The notes under the pieces: generated by a model | The model's input: the letters and a program-made list of their open reading frames with translations, nothing else | Told to the model about the DNA's origin: nothing | Database searches by the model: none | Translations under genes and position numbers: made by a program | In this document: positions 9,177 through 21,894 of the stretch, piece by piece | Layout: each line of letters begins with the position of its first letter | Position numbering within the stretch: position 1 is the first letter of the stretch | Assembly (NCBI GenBank): GCA_027492255.1 | Contig: JAPUFB010000003.1 | Location: 13,889 to 77,888, forward strand | Length of the DNA stretch: 64,000 nt | Direction of reading: 5' to 3' | DNA from: Candidatus Saccharimonadota bacterium | GTDB lineage: Bacteria; Patescibacteriota; Saccharimonadia; Saccharimonadales; Saccharimonadaceae

Positions 9177-10006
9177 TGTCTCGCCTTATAAGATCAACTT
9201 TATGTTCTACGATCATCTTCTGATATTCATTCAATAGCATATGAATTCCTGCCTCAGATGTAGTCCACTCGTCTCGCCTGAGCGCCTCACTGAGATTTTG
9301 CTCATCAGAACTAATCGCAATTGTTTTGATCGAATATGGCGAAAATTTGTACCACTCCATTTTTGCCCGTGCAAGTACATAAGTAGAAGCCACGATAATG
9401 AGTTTTTCGGGATGCCAGTCCATATCATCAAACATATCAAGTGTGCGTTTCACATTATCGGGGAGTGTCACTGCCCGGTCTTCCGTGATAATCGCATCAG
9501 CCGGTACACCTTGTTCCATGGCATAGCGTTTTAGCACTTCAGCTTCAATTGGCAGATGTGGCGCGTAGTATGGCCCACGTCCGCTGATTATTAGTTTTGG
9601 AGCGTATCCATCTTTATAAAGTTGGACCGCTTTTTTAATCCTTGCGTTGCTTTGTGAACCGAATACAAAAATAGCGTCAGCATTTTCAAGCTCATCCTCC
9701 TGGCTTAGTGAGTCAAACAGTTTCGAATAATCATCTTTGTGTGAAAGTATGTATTCACTAAGCGTATCGTTATATTTCGTAGATTCTGACACTAATTGTT
9801 CAATTGGAAGATGCTGATAATCATCAATCCATGTATTATCTGCACCAGCCATATCACCAAGTTCACGATACGCCATGAAAAGATCAGTGTTATTTTTGAG
9901 GAAGTCATAGCGCTCAGCCTTACGCGGTGACTCTGCAGCTAGGATATCAAATAGTTCCTGAGCACCAGGTAATTGCGCACCCGATGTTCTAGGTGATTGA
10001 TTTAAT

Positions 10007-10014
<8 letters not shown>
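9169..10014 (-). CDS. YdcF/DUF218 (ElyC/SanA) family protein
   Basis: AIFVFGSQSNARIKKAVQLYKDGYAPKLIISGRG is the typical DUF218 core. Overlaps both neighbouring genes. Confidence 0.6.
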
Positions 10015-13971
<3,957 letters not shown>

Positions 13972-13972
<1 letters not shown>

Positions 13973-14850
13973 TACATCTTCCTTCCCATAGTCTCGAGTC
14001 GTGAGATACGATCCTCGAGTGGCGGATGCGTGCTAAACCAATTAGCAATCGTGCTTCCTTTGAGTGGGTTCGCAAAAAAGAGGTGGGCCGTTGATGCATT
14101 TTGACGCTGAGTCGCCGTTGAATACTCTTTGAGTTTTTCAAGAGCACTTGCAAGCCCTTCCGGATTGCGTGTTGTCATAGCCCCTGTTGCATCGGCAAGA
14201 TACTCACGCTGCCGTGAAACTGCCATCTGTACAAGCATTGCAACGAGTGGCGCAATTAACGCGGCAACAATTCCAATTACCATAAACACAGGTGAGGGAG
14301 AATCCTCTTCATCGGAATTACTGAACCACATCATGCGCATAAACATATCTGAGATAAGTCCGATTGCACTCACGAGTCCAAAAACAATCATCATGACACG
14401 AATATCATAGTTTTTTACGTGTCCGAGTTCATGAGCAATCACCCCTTCAAGCTCCGCTTTATTCATAATTTCAAGCAGTCCTGTTGTTGCTGCAATATAG
14501 GCATGCTCTGGGTCTCTGCCGGTCGCAAACGCGTTCGGTGCTGGATCATTAATCACATAGACACGAGGCATTGGCATGCCATTTGTGATCGTAAGATTTT
14601 CAACAATACGATAGAGTTCTGGCGCATCTTTTTTTGTCACTTCTTTGGCACCGTTAACCGCCAGTGCTAATTTCGCAGCTAAAAAATACTGAATTAACGC
14701 GTAGACCCCTGCTCCGATCATTGATCCCCAGAATATTCCTGTTGAACCATATACTGAAGAAAATATCCAACCGAGAATGGTAATAATCGCTATAAAAAGT
14801 CCGATGATGATATAGGTGTTGCGCTTATTTGCTGCAATCGCTGAATACAT
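13972..14850 (-). CDS. htpX: zinc metalloprotease HtpX (M48)
   Basis: HELGHVKN zinc motif, TM segments, EYLADA downstream Glu motif. Confidence 0.9.
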
Positions 14851-14917
14851 ATATAACCTCCTTAAGCCCTACTAGTTGGTACTCTGTTTTTGAAAAACAG
14901 AGTACCGCAAGAAGTTC

Positions 14918-15493
14918 CTAGAATTTTACCTCGACTGGTTTTTCAATTGATGCCATGTCTTCAACTTCGAAAAATTCTCGCTTCGTAAAGCCGAGCATGC
15001 CAGCAATCATATTTGCTGGAAACATTTGGATACGTGTATTGAGATCGCGAACTCCACCATTATAGAAACGACGGGAAGCTTGAATCTTATCTTCGGTATC
15101 AACGAGTTCGTTTTGTAGTTGTTGGAAATTCTCGCTCGCACGAAGCTGTGGATACGCCTCAGCAACAGCAAAAAGGCTTTTGAGCGCACCTTCAAATTGA
15201 TTCTCGGCTTTCGCGGTTGCAGCAGGACCTTGTGAGGTTGCACTCATAACCGCAGCGCGAGCCTCCGTAACGGCAGCAAACACACTACTTTCGTGTGCGG
15301 CATAACCCTTCACACTTTCTACAAGATTTGGAATCAGGTCGGCGCGTCGCTTGAGTTGGACGGTGATATCACTCCATGCTTCTTGTACGCGGACATTCAA
15401 TTTTACAAGACTGTTGTAGGTTGCCCAGAAAAACAAGCCGATAAGCAGTACAACGACTACTATAGCTATAAGCGCGATCATTACTGAATCCAT
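14918..15493 (-). CDS. lemA: LemA family protein
   Basis: 191 aa with an N-terminal TM. YNSLV...RRADLIPNLV...AYPQL...ENF..LQ..L..TE..I...RR.YN pattern. lemA-htpX pairing is common. Confidence 0.85.
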   Translation of the reverse strand: MDSVMIALIAIVVVVLLIGLFFWATYNSLVKLNVRVQEAWSDITVQLKRRADLIPNLVESVKGYAAHESSVFAAVTEARAAVMSATSQGPAATAKAENQFEGALKSLFAVAEAYPQLRASENFQQLQNELVDTEDKIQASRRFYNGGVRDLNTRIQMFPANMIAGMLGFTKREFFEVEDMASIEKPVEVKF

Positions 15494-15736
15494 GTGATTT
15501 ACTCCTTATACGTTTACGTCTTTATTATAACAAAAATCGCCTCAGTCGAGAGGAGATTTTTTTATATCTGATGAGATAGGACTATGCGGGACTTTGATCT
15601 ACAAATATTTTTTCTGACGGAAAAATCTCCCAGACCGCGGCTCGCCGTCTTCGCTTTTCACTTCGTTCAAACTCAGACATGGCTGCGCCCGTTCAAGTCC
15701 GTCGTGAGCAAAGCAGTTTGCTCACTGCTCCGGCAC

Positions 15737-15762
15737 AAAAAATTGACCATACAGTCAATTTT
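15737..15762 (-). terminator. intrinsic terminator after tRNA-Leu(UAA), bidirectional type
   Basis: Stem AATTGAC/GTCAATT (15741-15747/15754-15760) flanked by an A-tract and a T-tract. Confidence 0.6.
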
Positions 15763-15848
15763 TGGTGCGCGGGGCGGGACTTGAACCCGCAAGCCTTGTG
15801 GGCAAGAGATTTTAAGTCTCTCGTGTCTACCGATTCCACCACCCGCGC
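15763..15848 (-). tRNA. tRNA-Leu (anticodon UAA)
   Basis: Acceptor GCGCGGG/CCCGCGC, anticodon stem AGAGA/TCTCT, loop CTTAAAA, long variable arm, T-loop TTCAAGT. CCA is encoded; 86 nt. Confidence 0.9.
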
Positions 15849-15851
15849 AAA

Positions 15852-15925
15852 TGGAGGCACGTATGGGAGTTGCACCCATCTAAACGGTTTTGCAGACCGT
15901 CGCGTAACTGCTCCGCCAACGCGCC
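15852..15925 (-). tRNA. tRNA-Cys (anticodon GCA)
   Basis: Acceptor GGCGCGT/ACGTGCC, anticodon loop CTGCAAA, 4-nt variable loop, discriminator U73 (Cys identity). CCA is encoded; 74 nt. The T-loop TGCAACT is non-canonical (G at position 55). Confidence 0.85.
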
Positions 15926-16027
15926 ATCGAAGTTTATTATACCGTATCTTGATAAGTTCGGTACAGAGTAGCGTTTACGGAATTCATGGAGCCAACTATA
16001 GACGCCTGGATCTCTGTAAGGTATCTT

Positions 16028-16873
16028 CTATAGCTCTCCCCTGAAATCTTCCAAGTCTTCATCGCCAAGTCTTGGAACTTCAAATTGCACTTTATCGGTG
16101 CCTATTCTCCGATAAGTAATGGGCGATTTATCTGAGTAATGCCTAAAGTATTTGACTGTACCACCCTGTTTTTTCTTGTTGCGAACCTCTCCTAGAACTC
16201 CGTCACTCACTTCATCAAACACCCATACTTCGTCCGCTATCCGCACAAGATTATCATTCCCCTCATAGACTGTTTCTCTGGGTACGCTGTCTCCAATAAA
16301 GTACCGAAACATTAAAAAGGGATTGAGTGGAACCGTGTGATGCTCAAGACAAAATTGGCTGATGTGCATCTGAAGATAGAAATTATGTTTTGAATACGCA
16401 GGATAGACCAAAGGGTATTCTTTATAAAAGCGTAGTCGTGGATGCCAGCGTGAGATATCCTTGCCATCAAGCATATACTCCCACAGCCAGCTCGAGACAT
16501 CCTCAAGCGTCACATCAGACTGTTGTATCTCTGAAAACATCCCATCTCCACTGCGTCGAAAATACCTAACTGGAATCTTTCGACGGCGAGCGAGATATAC
16601 CTCAGCCAGCACTCCGTCACTCACCTCTCCAAATACCCAAAGCTCATCGGCATGAGCAATTAACGAATTATTTGCAACGCGCACGAGCGATTTATCAACA
16701 ACCCCCGATAGATTGTAGTCAAAATTCATATAGGGATTAATTGGTGTATTCCCCCCGCGCAGCACATATTGTGACACCTCTGCTCGATAGTAAAAATTTC
16801 TCTTTGAATACGAAGTGAAGATAATTTTATTTACTTGTCGCTTCTTGCTTTGATTTTTCACTACCGCACTCAT
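16028..16873 (-). CDS. hypothetical protein built from two tandem homologous ~125-aa domains
   Basis: The halves align: YSKRNFYYRAEVSQYVL..NTPINPYMNF...ADELWVFGEVSDGVLAEV...PVRYF versus YSKHNFYLQMHISQFCL..TVPLNPFLMF...ADEVWVFDEVSDGVLGEV...TVKYF. Vaguely like a nucleoside 2-deoxyribosyltransferase/DUF4406 domain (weak). Confidence 0.5.
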   Translation of the reverse strand: MSAVVKNQSKKRQVNKIIFTSYSKRNFYYRAEVSQYVLRGGNTPINPYMNFDYNLSGVVDKSLVRVANNSLIAHADELWVFGEVSDGVLAEVYLARRRKIPVRYFRRSGDGMFSEIQQSDVTLEDVSSWLWEYMLDGKDISRWHPRLRFYKEYPLVYPAYSKHNFYLQMHISQFCLEHHTVPLNPFLMFRYFIGDSVPRETVYEGNDNLVRIADEVWVFDEVSDGVLGEVRNKKKQGGTVKYFRHYSDKSPITYRRIGTDKVQFEVPRLGDEDLEDFRGEL

Positions 16874-16947
16874 AGAAATATGATATCACTATTTTTGGAC
16901 CAAGAATACTAATTTCATAATTCATAGAGGAATATAATGGAGTATTT

Positions 16948-16982
16948 AAAAAGACTGCTCTCATAGAAGCAGTCTTTTTATC
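16948..16982. terminator. bidirectional intrinsic terminator downstream of heliorhodopsin
   Basis: AAAAAGACTGCT-ctcataga-AGCAGTCTTTTT: perfect 9-bp core stem with an A-tract and a T-tract. Confidence 0.7.
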
Positions 16983-16998
16983 AAACAATATACTCAGT

Positions 16999-17766
16999 TT
17001 ATGGCCGCAATGTACCCGCGAAGACCTGCCAAGCAAGAAGTGTTTTTGCGACAAGACTGAGGATGATATAGGCTCGTTCACCGTAGAGGTAATCCTTCCA
17101 CGGGCCAACTTTTTTGTATTGAAGCACCATATTGATCGCGAAGCAGCTGAAGAATGTAAAGATTGAAACAAAGATCCAGTACACAAATGTTGGAGCTGGA
17201 CTTCCCTTTTCAGCTGAGAGCCAGAAGTAAAATGCGATCACAAGCCATGGAATTATGCCGGCAAGACATCCTATCCAATAACTAATCCAGTTTGTCTTTT
17301 TCGTCGTTTGATTGTGGATTTCCATAACGAGACCAAGAAGGTTCATGATTGCCGCAAGCGCAAATACCATTACGAGGCTCATAGAATCATAGATTCCAAC
17401 GAGCAGCGCGATAGCAACCATCATGATGCTCGCAGAGATAGAATACTCAACCCATCGCATCTTATTGATACCGATACGAAGATCTGAATTGTATTTTTTA
17501 TTGTAAAGGGTAGCTATATAGAGATGTGCAATCGCTGAGAGGAAGAAGAAGCTTGCGATAAGCAGTGGCAACGAAAGATTAAAGAGATTCGTAACTGTCG
17601 GCTCAAGACTCTTTGTTGCTGGGTTAAACGAAAGATAGTTAGCCGAGATCGGCAGGTCAAATGTACGACTAAGTACAAGAACTGCCACACCCTGTAGCCC
17701 ATGTAGCGCCGCCGCTATCAGGTTGTAGGTTTTTAGTGATTTAAAACTAATTGTTTTACTCATCAT
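16999..17766 (-). CDS. heliorhodopsin
   Basis: 255 aa, 7 TM. RWVEYSISASIMM (counterion Glu), IPW, GERAYIILSLVAKTLLAWQVFAGTLRP (retinal Schiff-base Lys). Near-collinear with the heliorhodopsin 48C12 motifs I remember. Confidence 0.85.
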   Translation of the reverse strand: MMSKTISFKSLKTYNLIAAALHGLQGVAVLVLSRTFDLPISANYLSFNPATKSLEPTVTNLFNLSLPLLIASFFFLSAIAHLYIATLYNKKYNSDLRIGINKMRWVEYSISASIMMVAIALLVGIYDSMSLVMVFALAAIMNLLGLVMEIHNQTTKKTNWISYWIGCLAGIIPWLVIAFYFWLSAEKGSPAPTFVYWIFVSIFTFFSCFAINMVLQYKKVGPWKDYLYGERAYIILSLVAKTLLAWQVFAGTLRP

Positions 17767-17842
17767 ATTCCTTTGTTATATTACTGTTCATCTGGTGTTT
17801 TTATAGTATCAGAAAAACATAATTATTTTCAAAATTATTACC

Positions 17843-17871
17843 TTGACTGTCATAGTACTGTGATATACAAT
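17843..17871 (+). promoter_or_regulatory. sigma70-type promoter TTGACT-17 nt-TACAAT, 6 nt before the padR-like ATG (leaderless-type)
   Basis: TTGACT at 17843-17848, TACAAT at 17866-17871, ATG at 17878. No Shine-Dalgarno is possible in the 6-nt gap. Confidence 0.6.
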
Positions 17872-17877
17872 GTAAAT

Positions 17878-18207
17878 ATGATCGATAACAAACTTACTTC
17901 CGACTTACTCCGTGGCCACACCGATACGATGATTTTGAAATTGCTCTCTAGTGGCGACAAATACGGCTACGAGATAACAAAACTTATCTACGAACTGTCA
18001 GGCCATGAGTACGAACTCAAAGAAGCGACCATGTACTCTAGCGTAAAGCGTCTCGAACATGACGGATACATCATGTCGTACTGGGGCGACGAGTCCCAAG
18101 GCGGCCGACGCCGTTACTACCGCATCACGGCAAGTGGCCGAGAGCTGTACGAAAGCAACCAACGCAACTGGACATATGCGAAACAACTATTAGAGAAACT
18201 TTTATAA
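17878..18207 (+). CDS. PadR family transcriptional regulator
   Basis: ORF 17773..18207; the ATG at 17878 gives MIDNKLTSDLLRGHTDTMILKLLSSGDKYGYEI...YYRIT, a typical PadR wHTH. Confidence 0.8.
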   Translation: MIDNKLTSDLLRGHTDTMILKLLSSGDKYGYEITKLIYELSGHEYELKEATMYSSVKRLEHDGYIMSYWGDESQGGRRRYYRITASGRELYESNQRNWTYAKQLLEKLL

Positions 18208-18216
18208 GGAGGGTTT

Positions 18217-19038
18217 ATGAACGACAAACTAAAGAAATTTTTGGACGACGCATTTAAACCATACGGCAACTTCCCTGCCCGCGCGGATGTGCAACAGGAA
18301 CTGCTCGCAAACTTGACCGAAAAGTATAACGACTTGAAGGCTGAAGGAAAAAGCGACAACGAAGCATACGCGCAAGTCGTCGAATCATTTGGTGACGTGT
18401 CAGAGATCATGGAAAATATCTCACACGAAAAGCCAAGTGAAAAGCCTACCAGCCCGTCACTCATGGACAGTGTAAAAAACATTTTCAAAGCTGGCGACAC
18501 GCGCTTTATGACGACCGACCTGCGCGGCTCCGACCTTGCAGACACCTCTCTCGTTAACGGCAACTTCAGCATGAGTGACCTACGCGGCACGAACTTTAAC
18601 CATGCTGACGCGACCAATGCTCGCTACAAAGCCGCCGACCTCACGAGTACTACTTTTGTTGGCGCAAACCTTTCCCGTGCTCGGTTTGATAGTAGCGATC
18701 TTTCAAAGTCAAACCTGTCCGAAGCAAATCTGACCGATGCGAAATTTGCCCGCTGTGCTTTCAAGGACTCATCACTCGCCGGCGCGACGCTCGACAACAC
18801 AACATTCAACATGTGCGACCTGAGCGATATATCATTTGACGGTCTGACGCTATGTGGCACTGTGTTCGACAAAACGTCACTCCGCGGCGCAACATTCAAA
18901 GACGCTGTGCTCGAAGACGTTTCGTTCCACCACTCCGACGCGAAAAAAGCCATCTTTGCCGGCGCAACCATGGACAAAATAACCTACGCGTTACTGAAAA
19001 GTTCAAAAGCAAACTTGGACAATGTGATAGTTAAGTAA
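18217..19038 (+). CDS. PadR-associated protein: DUF1700-like N-terminus plus pentapeptide-repeat C-terminal domain
   Basis: The N-terminus KKFLDDAFKPYG...ELLANLTEKYNDL resembles DUF1700. About 30 A(D/N)LxX-type pentapeptide repeats follow (DLRGSDLADTSLVNGNFSMSDLRGTNF...). AAGGAGGG is the SD. Confidence 0.7.
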   Translation: MNDKLKKFLDDAFKPYGNFPARADVQQELLANLTEKYNDLKAEGKSDNEAYAQVVESFGDVSEIMENISHEKPSEKPTSPSLMDSVKNIFKAGDTRFMTTDLRGSDLADTSLVNGNFSMSDLRGTNFNHADATNARYKAADLTSTTFVGANLSRARFDSSDLSKSNLSEANLTDAKFARCAFKDSSLAGATLDNTTFNMCDLSDISFDGLTLCGTVFDKTSLRGATFKDAVLEDVSFHHSDAKKAIFAGATMDKITYALLKSSKANLDNVIVK

Positions 19039-19253
19039 TTTTGCAACTTTAATACCCCCGAGACAATGTCCGGGGGTAGAGCTTCGACTTTACTCAACCT
19101 GGTTAGAGGGAGTGCGGGCTCGAAGGTGGCCGCGTGTAAAAAGCTGTATTATCTGCTGCGCGATGATGGCTGGTCCGAAGACTCCCATCTTTAGCCGTCG
19201 CGCCGGCAACACCTTGGTGGTGCTGTCCCAGATTTCGCTGGTTCGATTGTCGC

Positions 19254-19652
19254 CTAGAAGCCTACGCTTTGGGTCACGTAGACCAGGTCGGCCCCGGCAT
19301 GTGGGTCGCGGCGCAAGGCCGCGTCCCGGTTACGCCGGTTCTGACGTGCAACGAGCACGTCAGCGAGGTCAACTATCTTCTCCCCAATCTTCTCGGCCTC
19401 GGCCGAGAAGCCGTAATCCGAGGAATCACCGCTGAGGCCATATGCCCCCAGGCGGAGCGGCCCGTATCCGTCTAGCGTATGCTGGACGTCGCCCACCACG
19501 CCCAACGCCTGGTGGGCGTCGACGTAGTAGCTCCGCCACTCAACCCCGCCAGGGGTCCTTCGGATGTGGTGGAGGCCGACCTCACCTACCTCCGCTGCCA
19601 GAAATTTGGCCGCGTTGCGGATCATGCGCTTGGTGATGGTGATGGTGATCAT
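19254..19652 (-). CDS. hypothetical 132-aa protein encoded on a high-GC insert
   Basis: ORF 19254..19865, but the coding-like GC-rich part starts at ATG 19652 (MITITITKRMIRNAAKFLAAEVGEV...). AGGAG lies 7 nt upstream. No family recognised. Confidence 0.55.
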   Translation of the reverse strand: MITITITKRMIRNAAKFLAAEVGEVGLHHIRRTPGGVEWRSYYVDAHQALGVVGDVQHTLDGYGPLRLGAYGLSGDSSDYGFSAEAEKIGEKIVDLADVLVARQNRRNRDAALRRDPHAGADLVYVTQSVGF

Positions 19653-20053
19653 TTTTTTGCTCCTAGGTCTGTGCGCATTAGGCGCGAGTTTGATTTTTAC
19701 ATCTATTCGCTCAAGCGCGAGAACCAAGAGCTGCTCATGTGAGCTCTTGCCGTCCCTCGTTTGTAACAAATGAAGGATTCGCAAGAGTTCAATGCGCAAA
19801 AATGACTCTATTGCAGATAATAAAGCTGTTAATGTGCGGGGTATCCGGTCGATCATATTTGACATGAAGCTCGACGAACATCCCCGAAATAGTTCATAAA
19901 AGAAAGGGCTTTACCTTACCTATAAACCAAATCGGCGGTGTTAGTACTGGATAAATTGGCTACGTTCATGGATGAAAGTCATCCATAACTGTATAATACC
20001 ACAAGCGCAATGAAATGTCAATAGTCTCATCTCTCAAGGCTTATTTCTTTTGC

Positions 20054-20404
20054 TCAGCGAAGGATTTTCTCCATAGCTTTTCCATGAGCCAGTTCATCGA
20101 CGAGTTTGTCGAGGTAGCGGATGTTTTGCATCGTTGGTTCTTTGATATCTTCAACGCGAATACCGCAAACAACACCGGTTATCAAAGACCGGGCGGGGTT
20201 GAGCGAGGGAGCGTTAGCGAAAAACGTTTCAAGGTCGGTCTGTTTTTCAACCACCACCTCAAGTTCATGCTGGCTATAGCCCGTCAACCACCGGATGACT
20301 TCGTCAACCTCAGCCTTCGCACGCCCCTTTCGCTCCGCCTTTGCAATATAGAGCGGGTACACACTTGCAAAGCTCATGCCGTAGATGCGATGTTTCTGCT
20401 CCAT
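20054..20404 (-). CDS. DUF2200 family protein
   Basis: [37 protein letters not shown] is the DUF2200 hallmark. Confidence 0.7.
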   Translation of the reverse strand: MEQKHRIYGMSFASVYPLYIAKAERKGRAKAEVDEVIRWLTGYSQHELEVVVEKQTDLETFFANAPSLNPARSLITGVVCGIRVEDIKEPTMQNIRYLDKLVDELAHGKAMEKILR

Positions 20405-20412
20405 GGTCGCGA

Positions 20413-20682
20413 CTACTTACTTAGGTCTTTTTTCAACTGCTCGAACTGCTCTTTATTTATCTCACCCTTGGCGTAGCGCTCGCGAACGATATCAAGTGCG
20501 TCAACGCTCTGACCATCTTCATGCGGGTGATGCATACCCATACCGTGCTGCCCTTTCGATATCCGTACCAATACTAAAATTACGAGGACAAAAACTAACG
20601 CCATAATAAGCATCATTACCCATCCTAGTCCTGAATCATAACCGTACCCATTCATTATTCGATAGCCATACATAAACGTCAC
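20413..20682 (-). CDS. SHOCT-domain membrane protein
   Basis: 89 aa with one TM segment. C-terminal [25 protein letters not shown] is the SHOCT motif. Confidence 0.7.
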   Translation of the reverse strand: MTFMYGYRIMNGYGYDSGLGWVMMLIMALVFVLVILVLVRISKGQHGMGMHHPHEDGQSVDALDIVRERYAKGEINKEQFEQLKKDLSK

Positions 20683-20765
20683 CTCCTTCTTTATCTATAT
20701 AGTATACTCGCAAACATTAGACGAAACTCGGTAGTAGCACACGGAAAATCACAGACTGTCATCAC

Positions 20766-21362
20766 CTAGTCGTCCGAACCATGCCCGCTAGAAGAACCGG
20801 TACTGCTACCACTCGAGTTACTAGACCCACCTGTGTCATCGCTTCCACTTCCTGAAGAATTTCTAGTAGATGAATCACTATTCTTAGTGCTATCTTCACC
20901 ACTCGACCGGCCACTTGAATCATCAGCGTTCCCCGAAGTACTCGTATCATCTGAGCCACGTCTGTCGTCGTTTCCTGTTCGGTCGTCATTGGAATCGTGG
21001 TTTATTCTTTCTTGCTCCAGCTCACGCTCTTTTTCGAGCTCTTGTTTATATCCTGGTTGTACGAGTGCGCGAACATCCTCAATGCCACGTTTCAATGCAT
21101 AGAGGGGTGATCCGGGCTGAGCAAATACAGAAGCTACGACAAGTACAAGAAATAGCGCAAACGCTCCTGCAAACCCTACACGGCGTCTTGCCTTTACATG
21201 CATTGGCTTAAAACCAATCTGTTCAGCGATGCCATCCTTTGCTTCGCGGCTCAAATGCACATCACCCATGTTCAGTTCGCGTGCAACCCGCAAAAGCTCC
21301 GCACGTTCTTGTTTGCTAGCGCCAGCACGTTTCAGTTGCCACCAAAGACGAAGCTGTTTCAC
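20766..21362 (-). CDS. anti-sigma-factor-like membrane protein (DUF5667-like) with Ser/Gly/Asp-rich tail
   Basis: 4-nt overlap with the ECF sigma gene. One TM segment (FAGAFALFLVLVVASVF), GSPLYALKRGIEDV, and a low-complexity C-terminus. Confidence 0.55.
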   Translation of the reverse strand: MKQLRLWWQLKRAGASKQERAELLRVARELNMGDVHLSREAKDGIAEQIGFKPMHVKARRRVGFAGAFALFLVLVVASVFAQPGSPLYALKRGIEDVRALVQPGYKQELEKERELEQERINHDSNDDRTGNDDRRGSDDTSTSGNADDSSGRSSGEDSTKNSDSSTRNSSGSGSDDTGGSSNSSGSSTGSSSGHGSDD

Positions 21363-21838
21363 TCTAGTTCCCCTTTCAGTTTCTTAAGCGCTCTATGTTG
21401 CAGGACCCGCACGTTGACTTCTGTCATACCTAAACTATTAGCAGTTTTGCGCGCCGAATATTGCAACAAAAACCGTAACGTGACTACTGAGCGCATCATT
21501 TCGGGCAGCGAACTCACGGCTTTCACGACCCGTTCGCGAACAAGCGTCTTTTCAACCACTTCTTCAATATTTTCGTCCGACTCTTGTTCCTCGAGTGTAT
21601 CTTCCAGTACTGGCTGTTTTTTGCGCCAGTGATCATTTAACACATTCCGTGCAATGGTATAGAGCCACGGCCGTGGTTGAGCAAAATCAAAAGTATCAAT
21701 AGCTTTCCAGCCTTTCATAAACGTATCCGCTGTCAGATCTTCGGCGGTATGCGTGTCATGTACGTGAACAAGCAGATACCTGAAAATGTCGTCGGCGTAT
21801 GTGTCATACATCTTGGCAAACTTTCGCTCGTTAGTCAT
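21359..21838 (-). CDS. ECF-type RNA polymerase sigma-70 family factor
   Basis: 159 aa. Region 2 (YADDIFRYLLVHVHDTHTAEDLTADTFMKGW) and region 4 (VVTLRFLLQYSARKTANSLGMTEVNVRVLQHRALKKL). Confidence 0.85.
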   Translation of the reverse strand: MTNERKFAKMYDTYADDIFRYLLVHVHDTHTAEDLTADTFMKGWKAIDTFDFAQPRPWLYTIARNVLNDHWRKKQPVLEDTLEEQESDENIEEVVEKTLVRERVVKAVSSLPEMMRSVVTLRFLLQYSARKTANSLGMTEVNVRVLQHRALKKLKGELE

Positions 21839-21862
21839 TTATTACCTTTTAGTGTTCATAGT

Positions 21863-21894
21863 ATGTAACGTTTATATGGCTCATATCGTTACAT
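21863..21894. promoter_or_regulatory. palindromic ATGTAACG-N16-CGTTACAT: candidate bidirectional ECF-type promoter (GTAAC-17 nt-CGTT on both strands)
   Basis: Lies between the divergent sigma (start 21838) and PepSY (start 21923) genes, nested inside the 12-bp inverted repeat CCTTTTAGTGTT/AACACTAAAAGG (21845-21856/21903-21914). Confidence 0.4.

Noticed and set aside
15494-15762. RNase P RNA, tmRNA, SRP or 6S RNA in the lemA-tRNA spacer
   Set aside because: An AAAGTCCCGC stretch on the minus strand recalls the RNase P P4 motif. However, the region is too short and lacks the rest of the conserved cores, with no GGAAGCAGC-type SRP motif and no tmRNA tag or acceptor end.
15673-16044. ORFs overlapping the tRNA-Leu/tRNA-Cys genes on both strands
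   Set aside because: The sequence folds into two canonical cloverleaves, so the ORFs are read-through artefacts. The same applies to ORFs 33217..33474, 47400..47615 and 47739..47948 over the other tRNA loci.
19055-19076. Hairpin CCCCCG-n10-CGGGGG as terminator of the pentapeptide-repeat gene
   Set aside because: It has a 6-bp stem, a 10-nt loop and no T-run, so it is too weak to call. It may simply mark the edge of the high-GC insert.
19112-19773. Several plus-strand ORFs (107, 68, 64, 87 and 69 aa) in the high-GC patch, some extremely Arg/Pro-rich
   Set aside because: These are typical spurious frames in GC-rich DNA and overlap the better minus-strand ORF 19254..19652. They have no SD and low-complexity composition.
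20762-21102. ORFs 20762..20989(-) and 20833..21102(+) overlapping the anti-sigma-like gene
   Set aside because: These are alternative frames through the Ser/Gly/Asp-rich low-complexity tail. The frame that overlaps the sigma gene stop by 4 nt and contains the TM segment is the coherent one.
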